Shown: piece by piece, positions 40,755 through 56,249 of the stretch
Layout: each line of letters begins with the position of its first letter
How positions within the stretch are numbered: the stretch's first letter is position 1
Assembly (NCBI RefSeq): GCF_009914755.1
Contig: NC_060945.1
DNA length: 64,000 bases
Reading direction: 5' to 3' (one strand)
From: the human T2T-CHM13v2.0 reference genome, Homo sapiens
The notes under the pieces: generated by a model
The model's input: the letters and a program-made list of their open reading frames with translations, nothing else
Database searches by the model: none
Told to the model about the DNA's origin: nothing
Translations under genes and position numbers: made by a program

Positions 40755-41348
40755 TGTTGGAAATAAATTTTTGGTGCCGCAAAAGAAATAGCACTCGAAC
40801 ATGAATTTTCTCAGCAAGGCAGTTTTACTTCTATAGAAGCGTGTGTCTCATGGATGGAGCAACGGTGAGAGCACACCCGAACAAGGGAGGGGAAGGGGTT
40901 CTTATCCCTCACCACCCCTACTGCTGTGTCATTCCCCTATTGGCTAGGGTCAGACCGCACATCTAAGCTAATTCAGATTGGCTATTTTAAAGAGAACAGA
41001 GGTACGAGCCAGAGTGGCAGGATGAGTAGTTTGGTGGGAAGGACAGTTACAGAAAAGGTGACTCAGGATGACTAAGAACAGAGCAGGTGACCAAGGATGA
41101 CCAAGATCAGAGCAGGTGAACAAGAGTGACTAAGATCAGAGCAGGTGATAGAGGGTAGGAGGAGGTTGTTTACTGAAACTAGGGGCAAGGAGACATAAAG
41201 AACAAGGAAATTCAACTTTAAAATGAAGAGCAAAGAACGGGGAGCCGAACATACTGATACATTGGTTCTTTGGAGAGGATCTCAGAACTCATTGTATTTA
41301 ACAATTTACAGGCTAAAACTTTTGAGGAGGAATTTATGATATCCTACA
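40755..41348 (-). mobile_element. LTR10 (LTR10A-like) 3' LTR of HERV-I/HERVIP10
   Basis: TG...CA termini; minus strand starts TGTAGGATATCATAAATTCCTCCTCAAAAG, preceded by a polypurine tract; internal ~29-bp VNTR. Confidence 0.85.
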
Positions 41349-44300
41349 ATTTTCTCCCTTTCAATTTTCATAGTATTTCCTCTTCAAACTTTTTTTAACA
41401 TATCTTGGCTTTGCTGCTCAACTTAATCCTCTAAAAGAAAAAGCTGATCTGAATAAGGTGAAGGAGAGCTAAGGGAGGTTTTAGTAAACGCTGCATCTGT
41501 AAGTCTTTGCACTAGCCCATAGATGCATGGTATGACACAACACTGGACAAGAATGAGTACACCTACTACAGCTGCAAGAGAAATAAGAATTGAGGCTATG
41601 ATTCCTTTCCATTTAATGAGCCGTTTTTCTAGCCACCCTGTGAAGGGGTCATTCACTCTTGAGTTTTTGGCTAACTCATTGAACAGGGCAGTTAGACCTT
41701 GCAATGCCTTTGTTGTACTTCCATCAGGGGGCGGTGTTGTTTGGGATGAAGGTACAACATTGAGTTTTAATCATGATGCAGACTCCTCCTCTTTCTGCTA
41801 ATATTATGTCTAAGGCTATTCTATTTCCCCAAGCCATCTGGCTAGTAGGCCCTAATTGCTCAGCTATTCCTTTAACAGCATCTCTAGTGTAGTTAATAAA
41901 CCGCTGTTGGTTGTAATAAATGCAATTTATCCAATCTATGTTTTTATTCATTGTCACCCACCAAAATATTGACTCAAATCCTGCAGCTATTTGATCTCTG
42001 GCTTTAAATTTATCTGGTAATCCTCATGGGACCCCAATTACATCTAAATAAATGCGAGAGTCAGAAGACACATAAAGGGCTTCCCTTGTTTTATGATGTT
42101 GTATTTTTCCTCTCTCTGGTTGGTGAAATGCCAGGGTGAAAGGGATAGCCTACTGGACTAGAGTACAAGTGCCACTCCAGTTACTTGGCAGAGAGTCCAG
42201 TAAAGGTCCACCACAATACCACCATACATCTGCTCAGGGATGAACAAGGGCTGACTGATTGGTAAGCTCTTGGAAAGTCTTAAGCTCATTGCATCCTTTC
42301 AGGTCTCCAAGAAACACCAAGTTTCCTCCCTGTCATGAGAGACAATAAGTGAAATTAATGTGGGGAGATGGAAGCTGGATGGCCTTCAGGGGCTGACCTG
42401 CAGAGTGTTGAACTTCGGGATATAGCAGAGAGAGAACTTGACATGACTTGTTACCCCAGGCTGTGTAATCCTGGAAAAGAGCTACCATGCAGCCCATGCC
42501 TGGTCGACTGGAGGACCACCCTAGTGGAAAGGGGTCAATCTGGGCCTCTGGCCTGCCATGCACTCAAGCATAACAATTGCTTTTGTTTCACCTGCAGACG
42601 GAATATTTGATCCATTCCAACCAGGCATTTGCATCTTGATATCCTGTCTCTATTGCTAAAGTTTGTTTTAAATCATTTACTTCTACAGCGTCTACTTTGG
42701 TCCTATCATTAGATGGAGGAGTAACAACTGTTTCATTGTGAGAGGTTTTGGAAGAAGGCTTAGGGGAAGGTGTAGGTGGTGGGGGATCAATGAAACATAT
42801 TTCAAAGTATCTGATAGGGTCTGTTCCTGAAACCTCATCTCCCATACCATAAAAACCAGCTTAAAGAAGGGAACCAGCTTAGAGAAGGGGAAGATCTTTG
42901 AGGGTTTGGGGTAATAACCTGTATTGGATTGCACTGGTTTAGCTGACAGCTAGGTGAAGCTGTTCCTTTAGTAAAATGAATGTATGGCTTTAGGAAATTA
43001 CAACTACTGGTTGAGGCAGTCCATCCTTGCTCTTTAGTGGTCCACAGAACGTTGGACCAACTGCAGCATAAAAGCTCTATGGGGGGCAAGACTCCCAGCT
43101 GATGCCAGGGTCCTCATTGAAATCTTCCCAGACTAAATGATCCCAATTCAATAATGTCCAGTCTGAGAAGAGCCAGGAAGGACAGAGGTACTTTTCTGAA
43201 GTGGAGAGCTGTCTTTGACTTAAAAAGTCTCCATAGGATGTAACAAGGCAAGCATCAAATTTAATAGTTTGAGGTGAAATTGACTTGGTTACATTAATAA
43301 CTAGGTGGTCAGCAATAGAGTGAGGAAAGAAGGAGTAACAGAATAGATGAAAGGAAGTTAAATTTTTCTTAGCTTTAGTTTGGTAGGGTTTTCCCCTGGG
43401 ACTATGGCCCATGACTCTGGAGGGGGTGGCGCTTTCTTGACTCAGGTGTAACGGGTCCATCCTTTTTCTGCTATTCGGACTGCGGTTTCAGTAGTTAGGA
43501 GCATTAGGTAAGGTCCTTCCCAGGCCAGTTCCAGCTTTTCCTTCTCTCCAAATTTTGATGGGGACGTGGTCCCCAGGCTGATGTTGGTGTACTGGGAACT
43601 CTAGAGGTGGCACCTGTGCTAAAAGACCTTTAGTTCTGAGGGAAGATAAAATGGAAGATAAACCAAGTATATAATTTCTGAGAAACTGATCTTTTGTTTC
43701 AAATGTAGGAAGATCAGTAGTAGAATGTAGATAAGGTGATCCATAAAGCATCTCTTAAGGGGATAGGCCTGTGTCTTTTGGGGGAGCAGTTCAGACTCTT
43801 AACAGGGTAATAGGCCTTTCTACTTTCCCTAATGAAGATGAGTGCCAGGGAGTATGATAATCCCATGCTACATCCAGTACCTGGGATAATTTCTTAATGA
43901 CATGTGCCGTGAAATGAGTCCTATTATCTGAATTAATGTTTTCTATTAATCTAAACCTGGGTATAATATTTTCAACTAATGCCTTGACTACATTATTAGC
44001 AGTTGTACTTGAAAAGGGAATAGCTTCTACCCAATGAGTAAGGTGATCTACTATTACTAATAAATATTTCAGACGACCAATTGGAGGCATCTGTGTGTAA
44101 TCAATCTGGATACTTTGGAATGGCCTTAAGCCTGGACTCCTTCCCCCAAAGGGTAATCTTTTACTAAGCAACTATCTGTAACCTGTTTGGCCAGGGTATA
44201 AATTCCTATGCACCCATAAACTCTGAGGACTGCATCACACATGGCTTGGGACCCACAATCGGTCCCTTGATGCAGTTGGAACAAGAACTCCCTTATAAGG

Positions 44301-44663
44301 GGCTTGGATAACATTTCTCTCTGGTCTAGCAATATCCATTTTCCTTCTAAATTCTCTTTAGCACCTATTTTTATTAGTTTTTAGACCAAAGAAAGCCAAA
44401 CACCATTTTATATTTGACAATGCTTCCTGTATGATTTTATACCAGATAAGCTAAATTTCACCTTTATATTAGTGTGCCATTAATGTTAAACTCAATTTTA
44501 ATAAAACCTTGTAGGCATATTTATCCAATTTTAATGTCTGACCATAAGGTAAGATTTTTATAGACTCTTTTTAAGCCTTTATAATTTTTGTTAAAGAACA
44601 GGTTAGTGCTTTAAGAAAAACCCGTCGTGCTTTTATTTTAATGTCCAGTTTACAGAAAAACTG
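41349..44663 (-). mobile_element. HERV-I/HERVIP10 internal region: disrupted env and pol integrase, 5'-truncated
   Basis: Integrase remnants IQIDYTQMP, VIVDHLTHWVEAIP, SDNRTHF and GKVER (43791-44171); env TM QMAWGNRIALDIILAERGGVCIMIKTQCC (CX6CC) and membrane anchor (41423-41957); multiple stops and frameshifts. Confidence 0.9.
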
Positions 44664-46518
44664 TACCAGTCAGCCTGAGCTCCTGTTATCTGAGTAACTT
44701 TGCAAGGAACTTGGGTACCCTCTTTAGTGAAAAACATAATATTCGGAGACATTTTTGCATACTAGGAATAGGAAAAAGTGTGTGAGAGGATAAGCAGAGA
44801 ATCATATTTTCTGGACAAGGCACACTGTACTCCAACTATAATACACAGTAAACGTACTACTGTAAGCAGTAATACATTTAAAAAGTGTGCCATCTGGGTC
44901 AAAGAAATCAAAAAAACAAAACACCACAAAACCTGCGTAGGAAATCCATTCTGCTATTTTCTAGCTTTATAATATTGCACCGTATTCTTAATGCTTCTTT
45001 ATCTTATTTTTATCATATGTAAAATGAAAGGAATGAATATATCCTAGAGATATTTTAAAGCTTAAAAAGATGTAAAACTATTACTACATTTCTTGTTGTT
45101 CAATGTCAACTCAGTTGTAATTAGTACTAGTACCACAAAATATCATTTGTTTTATGCATAAAATTAGAATATGCAAAAATATTGTAAAATTTTGGAAGTG
45201 TTGTATTATTGTAAAATGTTTTACTACGTTTTTATACTTACTTTTTTTACTTATACTTTTTTGTATTTAATTTTTTTCTTAAATGCTAATGCACATTTGT
45301 TTTCTTTTTATTTTGTTATTTCTTAAATAACTCGGAATGCTTTGGCTCAGAAACATGTTTTTCCCTTCACTAATAGGAATTATTGAATCCCTTTAGGAGA
45401 CTCTAAAGACTGAGTCTGGAAAACAATTGGTTAACATTATACCAGACTGTGACTAGAACCCAGTAAAAAAAGATAGGAATAGCCTTGAATGCTATAAAAG
45501 AGGAAAAGCCTAAAATAGCCTGTAGTGGTGAATCCCCAAAAGTCTTGGTCTTGTAAGTGATCAAGGAGGGGTAAATTTATGATGAAATCTAAGGTCTTGA
45601 AATAGGGTTCTGTCATTTTCAGAGCTTACTTGGGCAATTTAAAAATGAAACGTCAACTGAATTAAAAAGTCCACATAGAAAAAATTATAATATCTACCAA
45701 GTACTAATATAAAAATACTCTAAGAAGGTAAGATCATAAAAATCTAGGGGGAAAATATTTTATACTAAGATTCAGACTCCTACTATCATGAAGATAGGTG
45801 GTAGAGAATTATAACTCATCTCTGGTTCCCCAGATTATTTTATCAGTATTAAACAGAAGTTAACATAGGCCAATACATAACACACCAGTAAATAATTTGT
45901 TCAGGTGGTTGTTTTTCATGAACAACATATATTAAGCAGCCACTGTGACGAAGGGTTTGTGAAAGTGTTGAAAGTAAATGCCTTCTGCTGGTTAGTCATG
46001 CCCTTTTACATTTTACTGTATCTTTCACACCATTCATAGATGTGTCTTCATGTGCTGTCAGATATATAGTGCAGTATAAAATGCATTCGTATCTAGATCT
46101 ATCACATGCTGTATATCACGTATCATATACTTATAAATAGATCTGTTATCTCTGTGGCTTGGAGATATGCACCTATCATTACTCCAAAGTTGGTGTGAGT
46201 GGTACTGTTTTCAAAGGGAGAGATAATAGTATATTAACCATTTATTTATAAGGCAATGTCATTTTCTCAATGTCATCAAAGTCTATATCTTAAGTTTTAA
46301 AATAAAGAATACAAAGTAGGAAATTTAAAAAATATACAATGGAGAAAGAATACTTAAAATCACTAAAGTTTATTTCATGAGTTTTTATTATCATTACAGT
46401 TTGCTTCGAATCAATCAACTGACCTTTCCCACAGGCCAAGTTGATTTGCTTTAAGATTACAGTGAATCCACTTGTAAGTGTATGGAGACAGGGCTAAAGT
46501 GGTAACAGTCTCATAAGT

Positions 46519-47494
46519 TTACTTTGTTTCTAGGAAAAGAACGTTTCTTATGACTACAGAAACCTGACCAAGCTTCTGATACCGACTCTTCAGTTTTGAC
46601 ATAGCTGCCTTCACTTCTTTGTTTCTTAGCATGTAGATTACAGGGTTTAAAATAGACGTGAAGATGGTGTAGAATACAGCAAGGACTTTGTCAACTGAGT
46701 AACTGCTGAAGGGCCACACATAGATGAAAATACACGGTCCAAAGAATAAAGTGACCACAGTGATGTGAGCAGTCAATGTGGAGCAGGCCTTCACCATGCT
46801 TACAGAGGAGCTATTCCTAACTGTAACAAGTATTACAGTGTAGGAGACAACCAAGAGGAGAAAGGAACTCAGAGAAAGAAAGCCACTATCTGCAACTATT
46901 AGTAGGCTGACAACATAAGTGTCTATGCAGGCTAACTTGGTCACTAGAGGAAGGTCACAGAAAAAAACTATCTACCTTATTAGGACCACAAAATGGCAGA
47001 TTAACAGTGAATGCCAACTGGCTGGTGGTATGGATGAAGCCCACAAACCAGGAAATGAGGAAGAGCACAACACATACACAGCAGCTCATGATTGTCATGT
47101 AGTGGGGAGGTTTGCATATAGCAACATAACGGTCATAGGCCATGGAAACTAGGAGCACCATTTCACTGCCAGTGAAGAGATGAACAAAGAAAATCTGGGC
47201 CAGGCGGGCATCAAAAGAAATAGTCTTGTGCTCAACCAGAAAGTCTGCAATCATTTTAGGGGTAGCAGAAGAGGCAACACATACGTCTATAAATGACAGG
47301 TTGGCAAGCAGAAAGTACATGGGGGTGTGAAGGCGGGAATCTGAGGTCACAGTGAGGATGATGAGAAAGTTGCCCAACAGAATTGCTAGATAAAGTAGTG
47401 AAAATATAAGAAACAAGAAAGGTTGGAGCTCCCTTGAACTAGACAGTCCCAGCAACACAAATTCTGTCACCCAAGAATGATTTGTCTCATTCAT
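46519..47494 (-). pseudogene. OR4K11P: Olfactory receptor family 4K pseudogene (OR4K15-like), single +1 frameshift
   Basis: OR motifs LHTPMYFLLANLS, MAYDRYVAICKP, FCGPN, STLTAH and LNPVIYMLRNKEVK; span is 976 bp = 975+1, extra base in the A7 run at 46961-46967. The family is secure; the paralog name (vs OR4K7P/8P/12P) is inferred from recalled gene order. Confidence 0.92.
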
Positions 47495-47789
47495 TGAATT
47501 TTGGAAGGGACTTAATTTCAGCTACATGAATAGGAGAGAAACAGAGATCAGTTAATGAAGTGAGCATGGGTTTGGTTTTCTAATTACACTTAAACTTTTC
47601 AGAATTCCAATTCCTATTCCTATGTATGTGTCTGGGTTTTCATGAGTTATTACAAGTTATACAGCTAAGTGTGGAAGATTGGGTTAAAGGGGAGAGTTGT
47701 CAAGGAGATGTTCAACCAACTGGGATATCTAAATACATTAATTTAAGAAATAAAATCGACAATTTAAAAATGAATTTGAGCATCTGAAG

Positions 47790-48200
47790 TTTTTGTGACA
47801 CTACAGAAATCCCGTCTAAAAGTCTACAGAGACAAAATCTAAACCAATTTTTCTAAAGTAAATGATAGTAAAAATTTTTTGAACATCTGCCACAGAGGAA
47901 GATAATTTCACAAACTTGATGACTAAAAAAGTTAGACACAAAAGAGTATACACTGTATTGGTCTATTTAAATGAAGTTCAAAAATGGCAAAACTAAGGTG
48001 TAGAAAAACCTCATAGCAGTTATCCTTAAGGGACAGGAAGTGGTCATGGGAGGGGTTTCTGAAGTGCTGGTAATATTCTTTCTTGATGTGGTTGATAGTT
48101 ACATGGGAGTGTTTACTTTATGAAAACTTACTGAAATATGAACTTTTGCTTTTTTCTCTTTTGTATACATACGTTGCATAATTATGAAAATTAAAATAGA
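47790..48200 (+). mobile_element. Old L1ME-type 3' fragment
   Basis: AGACACAAAAGAGTATACACTGTATTGGTCTATTTA...GGTAATATTCTTTCTTGATGTGGTTGATAGTTACATGG. Confidence 0.6.
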
Positions 48201-49029
48201 AAGAGAGACAGCATTAGATTTGTGTAAGAGAGCTCACAGGAGAAATCATTGCCTTAAGTGATTATATCTTATTTCTTCTCTACAGTTAAACATTATGTAA
48301 ACGAAAGTACAGAACCCTGGCAAAATTGAAAGGCCCCAATATTATTGGAACTCTTTTATGATTCAGCTTTTCATGGAGTTCTACTTTATCATGAAATCTA
48401 GCACACTGGTTCCTTTCAATTAATCCCTGAAGGTATGAAGCGTCTTTAAACTTAGCCATTGGTGTTACTAACCATAGACAGTTTATTGAGCTATGATTGA
48501 TATTTCATTTGATGTGACGTGGCTTAAAAACGTATAAGTTATATTGCTTACTATAAATACTAATATAACTAATAAGTTATATTACTTATTACTAAGGAAA
48601 TCAGACCAGAAAAAAAAGATTTTTCTTTTCTACTCAGTTACTCTATATTCTATGTTATCAGAACTTTCTTCCTTTTATGTTATTTTTATTTGTAGAAGCT
48701 ATTTAGAACTTAGAAAAGTTTTATGGTAAATAAGAAAAAATAAAATGTGAATTTTAAAGGAGCATTACATTATCTGATTTTGAAGAATCTTTCTCTACAT
48801 CTTAATCAGGTCTTGGGAGAGGATGTCTTTTATTTTACTCATTTCTAACCACTTGCAATTTTTGATATTAATGTCTTCTTAGATCATAGCTGCAAATTGC
48901 TAAGTCTCTCTTTGGGTTAGACTGGAGGGTTTATTTATAAGAACAGAACGTGTGATAAATAATTTTAACTCCCAGAAACCAAATTTAGACTCACCTCTGT
49001 ATTTCAAATCTCCAATTCTCCCAAAAAAA

Positions 49030-49370
49030 TACAAATTTTCTCCCTTATTTGCAAATGATGTGTTCCAAGACCTCCAGTGGATGCTTGAAACCACTGATAG
49101 TACTGATTCCTATATAAGCTATATTTTTCCTATACATGCATACCTAAAATAAAGTTTAATTTATAAATTGGGCACAGTGAGAGATGAACAGTAATAACTA
49201 ACAATAAAATAAAAAAGTATAACAAGATACTGAAATAGCATTTATGTGAATGTGTTTCTTTTTTTCCTCTCTCTCGCTCTCAAAATAGGTTAATATTTTT
49301 GGACCACAGTTGACCTGAGGTAACTGAAACTGCTGAAAACAAAACCATGGATAAGGGAGAACTCTTGTAT
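49030..49370 (+). mobile_element. TcMar-Tigger MITE (Tigger2/MER8-like)
   Basis: TIRs TTCTCCCTTATTTGC ... GGATAAGGGAGAA; internal TTCCAAGACCTCCAGTGGATGCTTGAAACC. Confidence 0.75.
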
Positions 49371-52300
49371 TATCACAGATTATATCAAAACTATGGCTCT
49401 AGGCTTTTTAGAAGAGTTTAACAAGTGGAGCTTGAAGGTAAGGCAGGCTACCGAAAAAAATTATACAAATCTCTCTTTCTTCTCACTTCCCAGAAGTCCT
49501 GACCCTTCAATCCTGTGACGTAAATACTGCATTGAATCCCTAAGGCATGAATAGAAGTAAAATCTAACAAAATCAGTGAATAGGAGTTCATAGGTACTCC
49601 ATCAGAAAGAGCAAAGCAATAAGCACAAGGAACGAGTGTCCTATGGAGACCCTCCAGTGCTGCATTAGAGAGGGGCATCAGGAGGCATTTCTGAGCACAG
49701 AAACTTCCTGGTGTCTTTAGGCTAAGACACATAATCCAACTATGTGAAAGACAGTCATAAGAATCATCCTCCTGATAGCTTTTCTGACTCTTCTGCAGAG
49801 CTGTATTGTTCCATTTTCATTGGCTTCTTCAGGTGCTCAGTAAAGGAAAATACCCTGTTTTTCATGGAGAAAACATTGGGCAAATTGATTCAATCAAGAA
49901 ATTTCTTAGTATATAAGATTAAAGTGGTAGAACACATGAACTCTGAACCTGTTTCTTACCTAAATCCATTCTTTTTTAGTTCACTTACTTTATATAAATT
50001 TAAATGCCTGCTTTTCCCCAGGCACTGTGCTATGCACTGGTGATGAGGCAGTTAGGTTTATAACTTGTCTCCCTAAAAATTATTTGCTAATATTAATAAC
50101 CCTTTCCTTATTTAGACAAGCTGATGAATTCACTTCCCTTTACCCCTAGTACATTCCCTATTAGATAAAATGGACTGTATTTTTGTTCCCAATAAAATCG
50201 CTGTACTGTAGTGAAAACAAAGCTATTATTTTAAAATGTTCTGTGTTGTATCACTGGGTAACTGTGTGATGCTGAGCAGTTCCTTTAGCCATTCAGGGAT
50301 TATTATCATCAAATATTAAATCTTGAGACTATTAACCTCAAAGAGACACTAAAAATATTTCTTAAAAGATTATATAAATGAAAATTCTTTAACCAACTGT
50401 ACTAAGTATATGTATGCATTCTTAGTAATGTATTATTTTAGATCAGAAGAAGTATTTTCTCATAATTTTACATTATGTGGTCTGACTCACACAAGAATGA
50501 GTTTCCAATAAGTAGATGTTTTATGTAAAGACGTTTTTTAAAAAAAAATTCTTGAAAATTTGAAGATGGATTAATGCATGTATACAGGGCTGTGCTCAGC
50601 AAATCTCAGTTCCCTCCTATTTTAAATTCTGTCAAATGAATCTTGCCTCAATATTTCTATCTCAGATATTATGACTGATAGATGAAGTGAAATAAATAGG
50701 TATCGTTTACAGGGGCCACCAAACTCTACAAGTTCAAATAGGTATCTTTCACAAACTTGCCAATATTGCTGTTCCCCTGAACCCCTCTCCCACTCCAAAT
50801 GCAGATCAGAGAAATAGCAGTCTCTCTATTATAGACTATATTGGAGACAAATGCTGGTGCATGGTCTTCAGAAGGATGCTGACAAAACACTTTTACTTAC
50901 CTAAGATGAAATGGAAAGTGTGGAGCTATCCTATAATCTATAGTCATTAATGCTTGGGAAGAATTTCGTTGTTACTTCCACATCTCCTAAGAAAACAGAA
51001 CAATCCCTCAGGAGATAAGTCATAAAGAATTTACTTCTAAAGACAGAAGTGGATTCAGGGTGTCTGTAGCTGAGTTGTCTTCAAGGAGGTGAGACAGGTC
51101 TGGATGCTGTATTTTAATCTAAGTCTTAGGCAACTAGAGGAGCATTTGGAGCAGTCAGAAATCTGAAAGGAGAAAAAGAGTAGACTGAAAAGAAGAAATG
51201 CTGAAAACAAAATCTTCTGCTTCACAATTTTGCAAAGGATTCAGCCTCACTGGATCTATAAAACTGGAGAATGTTTTAGGAAGTACCATCAATAATAGCG
51301 ATTTTTATATGATTTGGGATCTGTAAAGACTCTGAAGTAGTAAGATACTGCATTATTTTATCAAAAATTTCATCAGGGAAGATTTAGGGTTTTCTTCCTT
51401 TCATCTGACTTTCCCTCGATTCAAAGTGTAGGTGACTTTTTACTTGCTTCTGACAGATATATATAATCATTATATAACTAAATCAAACATCTTGTGCAGT
51501 AGTGATATAATGAATTTACCATAATAGTAGTAATATTTTAAAATATATTTTAAGGAATTATACATGGGATATGCTTTTGTTCACAAATAGAATATATATC
51601 CAGCAAGAAATGTTAAATTTCATTAGTGGTTTATATGACTACTTTCTAGTCATAGATTAACAAGGAGCATTCTAAACTATAAGCTTTAAAAACCTGAAGT
51701 TCAAATCAATGGATGCTGGCCAAAGACATTATGGACTATCAAAAATGTATTAGCCATATTGAGTACAATGTACACTACTTGTGTTTGTGGGTGATAGGTG
51801 AACTAAAAATCTTATACTTCACTACTATATAATTTATCAATGTAACCAAAAACTGCTTGTTATCCTAAAAGTTATTGAGATAAAAGAATATATTAATTTT
51901 TAAAAATTAAATACATGTATTAGCCTAGGATATAGAAAATATATTTTCCAATTCTATCTTTCACTAAATAACTTTATAATTGTAAGCAAATTACATACCC
52001 TCCCAGGTGCTCTGTGTTTCCTCAAAAAAAGAGTAGAATTCCCTCTCCCAAATGCAGTCTCCGGTTTTTGAAAAACATGATCCAAACTGTGTAAGTCAAT
52101 TCAAAGATAAGAATAATTATAAAATATTATATTGAAATTAAAGTATATCCAATCAAAAGCATAAAACAGCTGGTTTTAGTAAAGTGATGGCAGCAGTCAC
52201 TCTTCAGAGTTAGGTATTGGGACAACGGTAAATAGGTAAAATGGGCATAGAATATTCAAAGATTAATTTAAAACAATACGGAGGAGAATTGACTGTCTCT

Positions 52301-53069
52301 GGTCTCTGTTCTGTTCTGACTCAATCTCTGTCCCTGGCCTTAAAATATCAGCACCTACCCAGGAAAACAATATTCACCAGGAGCCATTGGATGAGGGACA
52401 AAGATAGAGAACCCATGTCTTTTCCAGACTTCAGTCTTCACCTTTTACACTCTGCAGTATCAGTATACTCAGCACACTGATATAAGAAAAGCCATCACGA
52501 TTATTACAAGCTAATTAGGAATTTGACGTCACTGGACGGTAGTGACCAAGAGACCCAGAGGAGAGTTGTGATAGCAGAAATACCTTAATCAGGGATAATT
52601 ACGTGAGACAATTTGTTTGCCCACAATAATTATGGTGCATCACCTTGAGGATTTCACAAATGGAAGAAGCAGCAGGCCTAATGGAAATGCTTTGTTCTGT
52701 AAGAGATGTAACACTTTTTTTAAAAAGCAATGAGTAATTTTGTTAGCTAATTCTTTATGTTTCCGAAGAGCTTTAGAAAAGCACTATTGGGAGTGTCAAA
52801 AATTGATGGGGAGTCATCATGTGACTGTGCATATTACACGGCAAACACCTTGGCATTTTGACAGCTTCACAAAAGCCATGTGCTTGGTTTCTAGGGCAAG
52901 GATTTTAGAGTAAAAAAGTGAAAGCTGCTTTATTAATACAATAGAGATACTGTATCCTACAGAGTAGATTCTAGTAAAGAGACTCCAAATAATTTTGCAA
53001 ACATTTATACTTCTGAGTTCAAATAAAGAATTTGAGCATTAATGGGACTCTAGGTTCATAATACAAAAC

Positions 53070-55403
<2,334 letters not shown>

Positions 55404-55830
55404 TGAGTAAACTCACACAGTTCAGCTTATAGCTCTACAAAATTTTTTCTTGATTTTAGAAGATTTAGCCTTTGTGTATTCATCTTACTATTCAATAAAC
55501 AACTCAAGTGGGCCCCATAGAAACTTCTGAAGAGTTTTTCTGTTTTGTTGTTGTTGTTGTTGTTGTTGTCGTCCTGGATGTAGATTTTGGCCATCGCCAG
55601 CTCTCTGAACTCCATTTTCTGTTTCTAACTCATCAGGTCAACTGTACTCTGCTTTGAATTGCCTTTGCTGCCCTGAAATGTAGAAAGTACCTCCAAGGAG
55701 GAAACTAGGTTGATCATAATATTAATCTTATATTTTATTCTCTCAAGGATCTTAGTCTTGTGTTGCATGTAGACTAATGCTTAAACACAATGTAGTGGTA
55801 TATTTTATCCAGTTTTCTTGTTGATTATGA

Positions 55831-56197
<367 letters not shown>

Positions 56198-56249
56198 ACT
56201 GTTTTCTTTTAAAGAAAAAAATCATGAATATTGTTTACTTCTCTTTTAA

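Noticed and set aside
41423-43460. Possible co-opted (syncytin-like) env gene
   Set aside because: env is split into at least six short ORFs by stops and frameshifts.
44819-44891. GGCACACT...AGTGTGCC inverted repeat as a possible small-RNA hairpin
   Set aside because: Only 8 bp of stem and no recognisable snoRNA or miRNA features.
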